DNA of 31,172 nt from Thainema sp. (GCA_052168235.1 JBQLZK010000071.1:1-31172); one strand, 5' to 3'. Numbered from the stretch's first letter, positions 18,124-28,218 are shown. Numbers and translations: made by a program. Notes: generated by a model not told the origin, from the letters alone.

Positions 18124-19026
18124 TTATAGAGGGCTAACGGAAAAATTGGCGAAGTCGGCATAGACATCATGGGGCGTTGCCCAGGATTCATCGCCGCCAC
18201 CGAAGAAGGTTGAAAAGAACAGGCCATCAATTTGAAGTGAATCAACCGTGCGGAACGTCAGTCCCGCCTGATCAATCACCAGTTCTCCATCGATCCAGAC
18301 TCGAATCTGACCGTCAGCTTGCGAGGGCTGATTCAGCCTCACCTCCTGATCGATGCGGTACCAAGTTCCTGGGACAAATCTCCAGGAGCCTCGCCCGATA
18401 GACGTGCCATAGTCTTCACTGGTTGGTAGATAGGCATAAACTTCCCCATCGCCGTTTCGTCGCCACATCATGCGAGTGGAAAAGCCATCCGTGCCGTCAG
18501 GAATATCGCCACCGCTAGCACCGTCTCCCCCAAATAAACCTGGTAGCTTGCCTCCCTTCACAAAATCGAAATTATCTGAAAAGCGAACGTAGTAGCTCAG
18601 CCGCAGCCCAGTTTGAGGCGGCATAAATAGGTTGGCGTAGAACTGTGCCCCTCCGATGGGGACTCCAGCTTGACGCGACACCGATGGACTAGCGGAACCA
18701 GCAGGATAGGACACTCTGAGGATGTGCTCAAAGGGTTCCCCCGGTTCGGAAATGACTTCAAGGTTGTCCAATCCCCAAGATTTTTCCTGACGAACCTGCC
18801 ACTCTTCCATCCAGCTTGAGTTGTGCCATTGTCCAGTCCAAAGGGGACTACGGGCGGTTGATATTGATAAATCGTCCTCGTGGATAGATAAATGGGTAGA
18901 TGTTTCAGTAGATTGAGCCGCAGAATTGTCGCTGGATATTAAATCTGACTGATCGGTAACGCAGCTTGTCAGCGTGAGCAAACACAAAATGGTGGCTAAG
19001 TTGAAGCGGGAATAAATAGCCATCAT
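18124..19026 (-). CDS. Polysaccharide lyase (PL14-like) lipoprotein
   Basis: FDFVKGGKLPGLFGG, FSTRMMWR, EVYAY and FFSTFFGG motifs; lipobox-like LTSC after a hydrophobic segment. Confidence 0.85.
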   Translation of the reverse strand: MMAIYSRFNLATILCLLTLTSCVTDQSDLISSDNSAAQSTETSTHLSIHEDDLSISTARSPLWTGQWHNSSWMEEWQVRQEKSWGLDNLEVISEPGEPFEHILRVSYPAGSASPSVSRQAGVPIGGAQFYANLFMPPQTGLRLSYYVRFSDNFDFVKGGKLPGLFGGDGASGGDIPDGTDGFSTRMMWRRNGDGEVYAYLPTSEDYGTSIGRGSWRFVPGTWYRIDQEVRLNQPSQADGQIRVWIDGELVIDQAGLTFRTVDSLQIDGLFFSTFFGGGDESWATPHDVYADFANFSVSPL

Positions 19027-19102
19027 TAGAAACCTAAAATTCTACATTTTGTGTATCTCTCCTAAATTCTAAAGTGATGTCTCAGGATTAGCCATGCCTC
19101 CT

Positions 19103-19130
19103 AAAAACCGGGGAAAAGTCCCCGGCTTTT
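19103..19130 (-). terminator. Intrinsic terminator downstream of aqpZ
   Basis: AAAAACCGGGGA-AAAG-TCCCCGGCTTTT. Confidence 0.7.
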
Positions 19131-19172
19131 AAGTTTTTGTACCAGATTTGAGTATGCTACCTACCTGACTGG

Positions 19173-19943
19173 TTACACCAGTTCTTTCGCACGCTCCTCT
19201 TCATGTAGAGGCGCTTCAAAAACGGCAGAGTACAGAAAGCCAGCCAGAATTGCGCCGAGAATTGGCGCTAGCCAGAATAGCCAAACCTGGCTAAACAGTT
19301 CAGCTCCTGCGAAGATAGCTGGTCCCGTGCTCCGGGCTGGATTCACAGATGTATTGGTCACGGGAATACTGATCAGGTGAATCAAAGTCAGTCCCATACC
19401 GATGGCGATTGGTGCTAACCCCGCTGGCGCACGCCGATCTGTGGCACCCAAAATAATGAACAGGAACATGAAGGTCATCACGACTTCGGTGATGAAGCAG
19501 GCAATCAAGGAATATCCACCAGGGGAATGTGCACCATAGCCATTAGTGGCTAGCGGATTGGCACCACCCAAGACAAAATCTGGTTGACCGCTGGCAATGA
19601 GGTAAATTGCACCAGCACCAACGATCGCGCCAATTACCTGAGCAAGGATGTATGGCAGTAGCTCTGACGACGGGAAGCGTTTGCAAGCCCAGAGGCCAAA
19701 GGATACAGCCGGATTGAGATGACAGCCGGAGATGTGGCCAATTGCATAGGCCATTGTGAGAACGGTTAAACCAAAGGCCAGCGAGACTCCGATAAAGCCC
19801 AATCCAAGAGGATAGAGGGTACTTTCACTAATTTGCACATTAACTGAAGTAAACGTCGCGGCTAGGACGGCACTGCCACAACCACCTAAAACTAGCCAAA
19901 AGGTACCAATGGCTTCTGCTAGACAACGCTTGAAAAGTGTCAT
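19173..19943 (-). CDS. aqpZ: Aquaporin Z
   Basis: [12 protein letters not shown] and [13 protein letters not shown] boxes; [12 protein letters not shown] loop. Confidence 0.97.
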   Translation of the reverse strand: MTLFKRCLAEAIGTFWLVLGGCGSAVLAATFTSVNVQISESTLYPLGLGFIGVSLAFGLTVLTMAYAIGHISGCHLNPAVSFGLWACKRFPSSELLPYILAQVIGAIVGAGAIYLIASGQPDFVLGGANPLATNGYGAHSPGGYSLIACFITEVVMTFMFLFIILGATDRRAPAGLAPIAIGMGLTLIHLISIPVTNTSVNPARSTGPAIFAGAELFSQVWLFWLAPILGAILAGFLYSAVFEAPLHEEERAKELV

Positions 19944-20575
19944 CGCTTAAACTCCTTATCTGAATAATCTATTCTGAGTGATCCATTCTGAGTGATCTGT
20001 ATGGTTTTATTGCCTATTTTCTGTTGGTAAGTCGAGTTAATCGAAACAGTTTCTCTGCTAATCGCTAGCGTTAAATCCTATGATTTGAGCTGGCAATATC
20101 CAAATAAATTAATTTTTTGTTAATGATCGTTAAATTTAAATGCTGTTTTAAACTCAGCAATGCGATCGCACAACAGTTAAGTTCGAACAGCTTAGACTCG
20201 CCTCCTAAGCAGTATATGTGAGAATACTAAAACAAGATCCAAATACCTGTCATCTGTATGCTATTCAGGTGGACGTGATCGAGTCATCATAAGTCTCATG
20301 CTGCTATCGCTATGGCGCTATAGTGAACTGAAAATGGTCAATTTCTGCAAAATAACTGCAAAATAAAGCAAAGCGATCAGCCGGAAACGAACTGCTTTAT
20401 ATCTGTAATGCCAAATTGAGCTGCGATCGCAGTTTGCCACGGATGTCTCTTATAAATCCCTTATATTTTCTGTAAGTATGAAACATTACTCTATTGTTGG
20501 GTGATAGCGTCGAGCGGCTTAAGACAATTCGCTGCATTCCTTTCTATATGTCAATATATGTTTACGAGATCGAGC

Positions 20576-21121
20576 ATGAGTGCCAACCTAAATCAAAAAG
20601 TAAGAGTGGCAACAACCTGGTCTATCGTGCTGGGAGTTTTGATTATTTTGGCAGGATTGCTTGCAATTTTGCTGCCGCTCGTTACGTCTGTGGCAGTTGT
20701 ATTTATCCTGGGTTGGGTCTTCCTGATTTCAGGCGTCTTTCGGGCTGTGCAGGCGATCCAAAATCAACTGGAACGAGGCTTCTGGATGAAGCTTGTTGTT
20801 TCTGTGATTTATGCGGTGATTGGCCTGTTAATCCTTACAAACTTGGCCAGTGGCCTAGTTTCCCTAAGGCTGATCATTGGTCTGACTGTTTTAGTTAACG
20901 GCATCCTAGAGATTATTTTGGCGTTTCAGATTCGTCCGATGAATGGGTGGCAATGGACACTGCTCAGCGGTTTTGTCTCCTTGGTGCTGGGCACTTTGAT
21001 TTGCTTTAAGCTAGCGGCTGGAGTGGTTTGGATCATTAGTTTGATGGTGGGCATCAGCCTAATTCTGACGGGGCTTTGGTTTATCATGCTGTCGCTAGCT
21101 GTGCGCAACGTACCCAACTAG
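20576..21121 (+). CDS. HdeD/DUF308 family membrane protein
   Basis: Six hydrophobic segments with the LGVLIILAGLLAI..P and GWQWTLLSG patterns. Confidence 0.85.
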   Translation: MSANLNQKVRVATTWSIVLGVLIILAGLLAILLPLVTSVAVVFILGWVFLISGVFRAVQAIQNQLERGFWMKLVVSVIYAVIGLLILTNLASGLVSLRLIIGLTVLVNGILEIILAFQIRPMNGWQWTLLSGFVSLVLGTLICFKLAAGVVWIISLMVGISLILTGLWFIMLSLAVRNVPN

Positions 21122-21166
21122 CACATCTGCACCCCATACGACCCAAAATATTGAGGTTGGTTAGCG

Positions 21167-23911
21167 ATGGTTTTACTTCAATTATTAGCAAGGCTAAGAG
21201 CAATGCTAGGAGCAAGGCAACGAGGGTACCGATCCTATCTGCGATTGTGGCGATTAGTTCGATTAGTGCTGATCAGCGCGATCGCAGTTTTAGTATGTTC
21301 AACTCAGCCTGGGCAAGCGACTGATCGACCGACAAGCTACGATCTCAGCCTGCAGGCCGCATTCAACCAGCCCAGCTACTACCCTATCCAGCAAACTCCA
21401 AATCCCGAACTCTATCGCCCTACTGCTGACTGGTTGGGGCGCTTGATTTTGCCGGACGTTGGAGCAGAACCGCGCGATCGCGATTGGGTGTGGCTAGAGG
21501 TGTATCATGCCCCTACGGGAGCTGAGAATTTAGTGGGCCAAAGAGTGCGGCTAGAGTGGAGCCAGCAGCCTGGTGTGCAGGCCTATGTCGATTTGGTGAC
21601 AACCGATGTCCGGCTGACGGAGGGAGCCAAGCGATACCAAAGCTGGGGCAATGTTATTCCCAGCCGATTGGATGGTCGTGACCACGTTGGCCCCCTGCGA
21701 TCGCTGGCCGGATCACGTCCTCAAGATGATTTGATTGTACGTCTCGATCGGGTGACGCTGGATACCAGTAGCGGTCAGCCGGTGCTGCAAACCCTGTTTG
21801 AACCCGTGCAGGTAACAGGGCGGTTTTATGGACTTGTGCAAATTCTGCGTCCTGATCCGGTGGAATCGTTGGCACAAGCCAATACAGCAACCAGTACAGT
21901 AACCAATACAGCAGCCAGTTCAGAATCCAATACAGAAGCAAAGAGTACAGCGGCAGAGAGTACAACAGCAGAGAGTACAACAGCAGAAAATTCTGACACC
22001 CAAAATGCTGAAGTAGATGTGTGCTCTGGAGTTGAAGCCTGCATCAGCGAATACTTCTGGGTCAGGCACTACAATTCAGCGACACAGCAGTTTGATGGTG
22101 CTGAAGAACGAATTCGGATTCCGCAACAGCCGCGTGATGGGAATGGGCGGTTCCTATCAACATCCCAACTGATTGACCAGTCGCCTGCCGGAACGGAAGG
22201 CTGGTATATTTATGGCGCAATGGACGAGGCTGGAGTCTTCACTGTGCAGAGCCTCAAACCGCGATCGCTCTTTTTGCTCCAGCCACAAGCCGTGATGATA
22301 GATAGGAAAGCAGGGCTGAACTATATCAAACGCGGCAACTGGGATAGAACGCCGGAGCGTAAAGGAACGGTGCAGTCGGTTTTAGTCACCCGTCAAGATA
22401 TGCAAGATCAAGATCTGGATGACGCGGAAACTGCGATCGCGGATTGGCAAGAAGGTGATCAGGCGCTGGTCATTCACAACTTTGGGGGAATCGGCGGCGA
22501 AAATGGTGAAGGCGCACCCGGTTGGACGGTGACGGGGCATTTTGCCTATGGCTTTGGTCGAGTCGTGCGCGATCCGCTCAGCCAAGATTTGGTGCTAGAC
22601 ATCATCTACCAGCAAATTTACGCCCACAATCCCAACGGTATTGTCTCTGGCTCTCTTGATTGGACGGCCTATACAGGGGATCTGCAACGCGGCTGGATGG
22701 GAACGCGCCCCATCTCGGACGTGCTGGTTAAATCTGACCTGCTGACCATGCCCCTCCGGTTAGGCAATACGACCCTCTCCTTGTTGGATGAACTGCTGAT
22801 TCAAGCGCAGATACTGGCTGCTCGCTACCGCACAGGAGACGGAACGGGTGTCGCCTCAGTGTCGCCTGCTTCGTCCTGCGTCCAAGATTCCAGCCAAGCG
22901 CTCTACATTGCGCTACAGCGGCTGAAACAGCGAGCGCTGTCTACGCCAGAATTGAAAACCTGGTTAGATGAGCATCCCGACGATCCGAATACGGAACGGT
23001 TCTACCAGCTCGTTGCATTAGGCGAAGATTTGGCCAATGCCCTTGCGCCACGGGGGGTTGTGCGGCAGGACTGGGACGGCAACGCCCAGCGAATCACGGG
23101 TATTGATCCAGATGGCAATCTGAATACCGAGTTTACGATTGAGAACACCATCCGCAGTTGGCGAACCATGCTGCCCCGCACAGCCTACGACGAAATCAGC
23201 AGCATCTTTTTTGCAAATGGAGCAACGCTGTGGTTTCTGCGTACCAATCAGGTGGGCGGCCTTGATCCCACCATTGAGCCTGTAGCACCGACGGGCGTGC
23301 TGGGTCAGCTCCCGGTGCTTAGCGTTGTATTGGATCGGCTGCTAGATAGCAGTTTGGCTCCTCTATCCTGGCAAAGCTGGCTGATCTGGCTGGCAATGCT
23401 CGTTGCTTATGCCGCGATCGCACTGCCAATTGGCTTTCAATCCGGCTTGTTTAACGTTGAAATTGAACAAGCTGCGATCGCATCTCCCATCCGTACGATA
23501 CTGGCGATCGTCAAACGCTTTTTCTTTCCAGCTCTGGTCGAGGAATTAGTCTTTCGCATAGCGCTAATTCCCCATCCCAGCGAAGTGGTAACTGCGATAA
23601 CCTGGATGGGTTGGGCCACACTCAGCTTGGGTCTATTTGTCCTGTATCATCCGCTGCTGGCCATCACTCTCTTGCCAGTTGGGCGACCGCTGTTTTTCCA
23701 AGCCCCCTTCTTGATTAATGCTACCGTACTAGGATTAGCCTGTACGGCAACCTATAGGCTAACGGGCTCTCTTTGGCTAACGGCGCTGCTGCACTGGATA
23801 ATTATTGTTATCTGGCTATTCGGCTTGGGGGGGCAGTATCGCTTACGTCCACATTGGCTGAATCAACCTGCCAATTCTCCAATTTCTTCATCAACCAAAC
23901 GTGTAACTTAA
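21167..23911 (+). CDS. CPBP/Abi (CAAX protease) family protein with a large N-terminal domain
   Basis: C-terminal PALVEELVFR, FVLYH and LLHW motifs; large soluble N-domain (HNFGGIGGE, TGHFAYG). Confidence 0.85.
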   Translation: MVLLQLLARLRAMLGARQRGYRSYLRLWRLVRLVLISAIAVLVCSTQPGQATDRPTSYDLSLQAAFNQPSYYPIQQTPNPELYRPTADWLGRLILPDVGAEPRDRDWVWLEVYHAPTGAENLVGQRVRLEWSQQPGVQAYVDLVTTDVRLTEGAKRYQSWGNVIPSRLDGRDHVGPLRSLAGSRPQDDLIVRLDRVTLDTSSGQPVLQTLFEPVQVTGRFYGLVQILRPDPVESLAQANTATSTVTNTAASSESNTEAKSTAAESTTAESTTAENSDTQNAEVDVCSGVEACISEYFWVRHYNSATQQFDGAEERIRIPQQPRDGNGRFLSTSQLIDQSPAGTEGWYIYGAMDEAGVFTVQSLKPRSLFLLQPQAVMIDRKAGLNYIKRGNWDRTPERKGTVQSVLVTRQDMQDQDLDDAETAIADWQEGDQALVIHNFGGIGGENGEGAPGWTVTGHFAYGFGRVVRDPLSQDLVLDIIYQQIYAHNPNGIVSGSLDWTAYTGDLQRGWMGTRPISDVLVKSDLLTMPLRLGNTTLSLLDELLIQAQILAARYRTGDGTGVASVSPASSCVQDSSQALYIALQRLKQRALSTPELKTWLDEHPDDPNTERFYQLVALGEDLANALAPRGVVRQDWDGNAQRITGIDPDGNLNTEFTIENTIRSWRTMLPRTAYDEISSIFFANGATLWFLRTNQVGGLDPTIEPVAPTGVLGQLPVLSVVLDRLLDSSLAPLSWQSWLIWLAMLVAYAAIALPIGFQSGLFNVEIEQAAIASPIRTILAIVKRFFFPALVEELVFRIALIPHPSEVVTAITWMGWATLSLGLFVLYHPLLAITLLPVGRPLFFQAPFLINATVLGLACTATYRLTGSLWLTALLHWIIIVIWLFGLGGQYRLRPHWLNQPANSPISSSTKRVT

Positions 23912-25192
23912 ATGCCAACAACCATTGCTTTGACAGCTCAATCTGGCAAACAGGAAGAATTAGCAGACTTTGTCTATCAGCATCGGGCTGTCTTTTCTCG
24001 CTTTCGGTTAGTCGCTACAGCCACCACCGCCCAATATATTAGCAATACCGGGTTGGACGTTGAGTCGCTGCTGCCCGGTGTAGAAGGGGGGTATGTGCAG
24101 CTTGCAGCCCAAGTCATTGCCGAGGAGGTGGCGAGCCTCATTTGCTTGCGTAACTGCAATTCTCTCCAAATTCCCGACATGGAAACGCTGTTGCGCACCT
24201 GTGAAATTCGCGACATTCCCTTTGCCACGAATCTAGCGACGGCGCGACTGTTGGTACGGGCGCTCATCAAGTCTCGGACGGCCTATCTGATCTTTAATCC
24301 CGTTTCTGGTCAAGGTAATCCCAATGCCGATCTAGCACTCATTCGTAAGCTGCTGCAAGCGCAACTGAACTTAGAAATTGTGCAGACTCAACCGGATGTC
24401 AGTCCGGCTCAACTTGTTGCCGAAATCCTCAAGTCTGTCAAAGCCGATGATCCAGAAGAAGCGGCAGTAAGCATGGTCGTTGCCTCCGGTGGCGATGGTA
24501 CTGTGTCCGAAGTAGCGGGCGCTCTGATTGGCACCGATATCCCGCTAGGCGTGATTCCCAGAGGAACGGCCAATGCGTTCTCGGTTGGGCTGGGGATTCC
24601 AACCAATATCAATGGTGCCTGTGAAACCATCCTGATGGGCAATACCAAAAAAGTTGATGCAGCCTTCTGCGACCAAACGCCGATGATTCTGCTGGCGGGA
24701 ATCGGCTTTGAAGCGGAAACGATTGATCGGGCTAGCCGTGAGCTTAAAGATCGCTTTGGCCCCCTGGCCTATCTTTGGGCGGGTGTGCAGCAGTTTCGAG
24801 AGCAGGAAGCGTTTGATGCTGAAATTGAAATCGATGGTAAGACTACCGAGATCCAGGCAGCCGCTATTACGATCGCAAATGTGGCTCCTCCCACGTCCGT
24901 TCTGGCCCAAGGATTTGGCGAGGTGGTACCCAATGATGGCCTGCTGGAGGTAACGATAACGGCTTCTACCTCGCGATTGCAGGGTTTGGGGGCAATGGCG
25001 AGCCTGTTTGCCTCGGCGCTGGTGAAACAGAAGTTTGAGCGTGAGGATATTCTGTGTCTGCGGGCAGCTCAAATTAAAGTGAAAACCAATCCGCCGCAAA
25101 AAGTGGTTCTAGATGGCGAGATGATCGGTACAACGCCAGTGGAATTCAACTGCTCATCGGATGGTCTGACTGTCTTTGTTCCACCCAGTTGA
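23912..25192 (+). CDS. YegS/DAGK family lipid kinase with N-terminal MGS-like domain
   Basis: IFNPVSG, SGGDGTV and IPRGTAN; the N-terminal ATATT..GG..Q..FATNLATA resembles methylglyoxal synthase. Confidence 0.9.
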   Translation: MPTTIALTAQSGKQEELADFVYQHRAVFSRFRLVATATTAQYISNTGLDVESLLPGVEGGYVQLAAQVIAEEVASLICLRNCNSLQIPDMETLLRTCEIRDIPFATNLATARLLVRALIKSRTAYLIFNPVSGQGNPNADLALIRKLLQAQLNLEIVQTQPDVSPAQLVAEILKSVKADDPEEAAVSMVVASGGDGTVSEVAGALIGTDIPLGVIPRGTANAFSVGLGIPTNINGACETILMGNTKKVDAAFCDQTPMILLAGIGFEAETIDRASRELKDRFGPLAYLWAGVQQFREQEAFDAEIEIDGKTTEIQAAAITIANVAPPTSVLAQGFGEVVPNDGLLEVTITASTSRLQGLGAMASLFASALVKQKFEREDILCLRAAQIKVKTNPPQKVVLDGEMIGTTPVEFNCSSDGLTVFVPPS

Positions 25193-25240
25193 TAAGTGTT
25201 TCATACTTTGTACTCATAAACTGGAAAAACCCAAGGATGA

Positions 25241-25267
25241 TTTTGCCGCCGCGATGCGGCGGCAAAA
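25241..25267. terminator. GC-rich hairpin, possible bidirectional terminator
   Basis: TTTTGCCGCCGC-GAT-GCGGCGGCAAAA perfect stem between convergent genes. Confidence 0.65.
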
Positions 25268-25286
25268 TTGCCTCTTGAGGTGTTCA

Positions 25287-25387
25287 GTAGGTTGGGTTGA
25301 GCAACGCGAAACCCAACACCAGCAGCAGTTTTGTTCGATTTCACTAGCGCTTTAGTGTAGCCATGCCCGTAGGGTTATACTCAACCT
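25287..25387. repeat. GTAG-type dispersed palindromic repeat
   Basis: GTAGGTTGGGTTGAGC..GCGAAACCCAAC with a degenerate inverted partner ending ACTCAACCT. Confidence 0.7.
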
Positions 25388-25443
25388 TGATAGGGCAAGG
25401 GTTGCAAGAGTCTTGTCAGGCAAACAGCCCAGCGCAGGTATAT

Positions 25444-25719
25444 TTAACCTGCTTGATAAGACTGCTGTTTAGTTTGATCGTCGTTCTGTGCTGCTTGTTT
25501 AGTCTGAGCGTCGCCCTGATTGGATTGGTTGTTGCTGTAGCTGTAGTCGCTTGAGTAGGTCTGATCTTGGGCGTAGTCTGCCTGTTGGTCGGTCTGTTGG
25601 GACTGTTGAATTTGGGTGTAGCTCTCTTGCTGCTCTGCCTGGGCAGTGGCAGAAACACTGAGCAGAGTGACTAAGCTGAGTACCAGAACTGCAAGCAAGC
25701 TGAAAACGCGACGAAACAT
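25444..25719 (-). CDS. Small secreted Gln-rich hypothetical protein
   Basis: Signal peptide MFRRVFSLLAVLVLSLVTLLSVSATAQA followed by a Q/D/S/Y low-complexity mature part. Confidence 0.7.
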   Translation of the reverse strand: MFRRVFSLLAVLVLSLVTLLSVSATAQAEQQESYTQIQQSQQTDQQADYAQDQTYSSDYSYSNNQSNQGDAQTKQAAQNDDQTKQQSYQAG

Positions 25720-25792
25720 AATTGGATTCCCTCAAAAAAGAACTGAAAAGTAAACTCTGAACTAGCTGACTAGACACTCAGTAGGAGACTGA

Positions 25793-26905
25793 TTATTCTT
25801 CAGAACCGACTGGATCGACTGGATTGGAGCCAACTACTGCTTCTGTCCTGGGTGCAGGTGTTTGCCCCCATCTTTTGATGCCCAAGCGCTGGACTACACT
25901 CGTCGCAGTCTGAGCCACTTGCTCCCGCTGGTTTACCAGGTATACGCTGATTAGGGTCAGCAGGACGCCGATCCACTGGAGTTGAGTAAGCTGCTCGCCC
26001 AAGAAAACGTTGCTGAACAGCAGCGCAAACACAGGTGTTAGAAAGATGAGAGCGCTGATGCTGGTCATGTTGCCCGTTGCGGCTAAGTAGAAGAACATGC
26101 CGTAGGTAAGGGCTGTGCCAAATACCGTGGCGTATAGCAGACCAATCCAATCCCCGGTGATTAAGTTAGCAGTCTGGTTGGTTTCCCACAGTAGCGATAA
26201 GCCGACGAGAGGAATGCCACCTAAAATCATGTGCCAGCCCGTTGCCACAATTGGGTCAGCGTAACGCTTTACGTAGCCGACGATGATGGTGCCAAACGAC
26301 ATGGAAAGTGCGGCCAGCAGCATCAGCAGCTCACCGCTATTTGCGATCGCACTCCAACTCCAGTTTTCTCCACTACTCAGTATCTGCCCAAGGGGTATAC
26401 CGTTATCGATGAATGAGTAAATCCACTCTTCCGGCAGTCCACACAGGCTAATGCCAGCGATACCAATGGCTAACCCGATCCAGCCCCAAAAGCCAATTAA
26501 ATTCCCGAACAGCAGTCGAGCCAAAATTGCCACCACCAGCGGCTGCGCGTCAATTAGCACCGCTCCAATGCCAGCTCCCGTATTGACCAAACCTGCTGTC
26601 AGTAGCCCCTGAAACATGGCTCCATCCACGAGGGCAAATACACCAATCCAGAGCCACGCTTGCCAGGTTTTGGGCTGGGGCAGCTTCAGCACTGCCGCCA
26701 AAATCAGGATCAGGGCACCCGCAGGCAGAAGCCGAAACGCCGCCAAAAACATCGGTGACGTATGGGGAATGATGTATTTCATCGCCACCATAGCCGTACC
26801 CAAAAAGAAGAAGGGAGCGACCAAAAATAGTGGCGATTTGGCTAGCTTGGTGGCCAGCGTTTGGTCTTCTAACTGAGTGAAACCTGCGTTGTCTGGTGAT
26901 GTCAT
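25793..26905 (-). CDS. DMT/EamA family transporter
   Basis: About ten TM helices with the duplicated EamA pattern (FRLLPAG, LTPVFALLF..LGE). Confidence 0.92.
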   Translation of the reverse strand: MTSPDNAGFTQLEDQTLATKLAKSPLFLVAPFFFLGTAMVAMKYIIPHTSPMFLAAFRLLPAGALILILAAVLKLPQPKTWQAWLWIGVFALVDGAMFQGLLTAGLVNTGAGIGAVLIDAQPLVVAILARLLFGNLIGFWGWIGLAIGIAGISLCGLPEEWIYSFIDNGIPLGQILSSGENWSWSAIANSGELLMLLAALSMSFGTIIVGYVKRYADPIVATGWHMILGGIPLVGLSLLWETNQTANLITGDWIGLLYATVFGTALTYGMFFYLAATGNMTSISALIFLTPVFALLFSNVFLGEQLTQLQWIGVLLTLISVYLVNQREQVAQTATSVVQRLGIKRWGQTPAPRTEAVVGSNPVDPVGSEE

Positions 26906-27071
26906 AACGTCCTGTCAGCCCAATGTCTCTTCGCGTTTGAGCTGCTCAATAAGGTGCAACTAAATTCCATGCATCGTACGCAATTTGCTGTGAAAATAAA
27001 GCCAAATTAGTTACTAAGAATTAATCTTTATATTTTCTTCCTTTCCTGATGTATACAGAATTTGCTCATAA

Positions 27072-28148
27072 TCAAACTGAAATTGATTTGATAGATGATG
27101 TTTCTTTCAAGCTCACAGATTGCGTTTTATCCGGCTTCTGATTTGTCTGCTCAACTTCTCCGTATTCTCGTAATAAAGCTGCCACTTTCTTGCGAATCAT
27201 GACGCCAGGACGATCGGTCAACATATGTTCTTCCTGGCTAGGACTGAGCGGTACATCGTAATCTGTAGACTCCAGAATCCGCTTGTCCTCTAGGGTGACG
27301 GCTCGGTCAAAGGCAATCACATCTTGGGCAGGCGTGTCGGCTTCTGTATCGTTGCGGACGCAAAACTGCACCATTTGAGAACAGGAGTCGCTAATGGGCG
27401 TCATCGTGTTGACGACGATGTGCTCTAATCCATTGGGATAGATAATCTTGAGCTTAATCGTGAAGGGCATAAACCAGTCCATTTCTAGGGTGCGGACGGT
27501 TTGCTTTTCGCTCATCTTCAGATTTTGCTGCTGCTGCTCAGGATTGACAACCCCTAGCAGTCCACTGACGTGAATGCCATAGTCCGTATCGTCAATGGCT
27601 AACGAGTCCGGCACCGGATGCTCCTCGCTGCCGAATGTGCCCGTATGTACAAACGTGGGATGGGCCAAATCTAGCTCATTCTCCATCACCCGCAGGCCAG
27701 CGGTTTGCCACGGCTCGTAGAACTCGTGAATGGTTCGATAGTTCTCATTCTCGGCTTCAGCAATATCGGGAATATCAGCAATTGGCTCCTCCAAGCAGAC
27801 CCACACGTAGCCGTAGCGTTCGGTGCAGCGGTAGGCATCAACCCGGTAAGTAGCGGGAATTGCCTTATCGGGCGCTAACTGCGGCACTTTGACACAGGCC
27901 CCCGTGGCGTCAAACTCCCAACCATGATAAGGACAGCAAATCCGCCCCTGATCGACGCGCCCTAAGGATAATTTGGCCGTCCGATGACAACAGCGATCGC
28001 GGGTGGCGGCAGGCTGCCCATTCTGATCGAGCCACAGCACCAGTGGTTCTCCCAGCAGCGTAAATGCCTGGGGACCATTCTCTAGCTGCTGCAAGGGGAT
28101 AACCGGATACCAAAACCGACGAAAGACAGGCTGTTGGGTGACTAGCAT
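27072..28148 (-). CDS. Rieske non-heme iron oxygenase alpha subunit (VanA-like)
   Basis: Rieske C-C-H..CPYHGW and mononuclear Fe motif EN..D..H..FVH; C-terminal EDK..LE. Confidence 0.92.
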   Translation of the reverse strand: MLVTQQPVFRRFWYPVIPLQQLENGPQAFTLLGEPLVLWLDQNGQPAATRDRCCHRTAKLSLGRVDQGRICCPYHGWEFDATGACVKVPQLAPDKAIPATYRVDAYRCTERYGYVWVCLEEPIADIPDIAEAENENYRTIHEFYEPWQTAGLRVMENELDLAHPTFVHTGTFGSEEHPVPDSLAIDDTDYGIHVSGLLGVVNPEQQQQNLKMSEKQTVRTLEMDWFMPFTIKLKIIYPNGLEHIVVNTMTPISDSCSQMVQFCVRNDTEADTPAQDVIAFDRAVTLEDKRILESTDYDVPLSPSQEEHMLTDRPGVMIRKKVAALLREYGEVEQTNQKPDKTQSVSLKETSSIKSISV

Positions 28149-28174
28149 GGGCTTATTTTGAGCATTTCTATAGT

Positions 28175-28218
28175 TTGTATACAGTATACAGATGCAAGAA
28201 TTTTGTATTGATGAATAC
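28175..28218. promoter_or_regulatory. Candidate GntR/FadR-type operator and NtcA-like box upstream of the Rieske oxygenase
   Basis: TTGTATACAGTATACA at 28175-28190; GTA-N8-TAC at 28205-28218. Confidence 0.4.

Noticed and set aside
20476..20489. NtcA-like GTA-N8-TAC upstream of the HdeD gene
   Set aside because: No properly spaced -10 element; a 6-bp match is expected by chance several times in 31 kb.
21654..22044. Minus-strand ORFs with YSLL/YWLL repeats
   Set aside because: Shadows of the minisatellite inside the CPBP gene.
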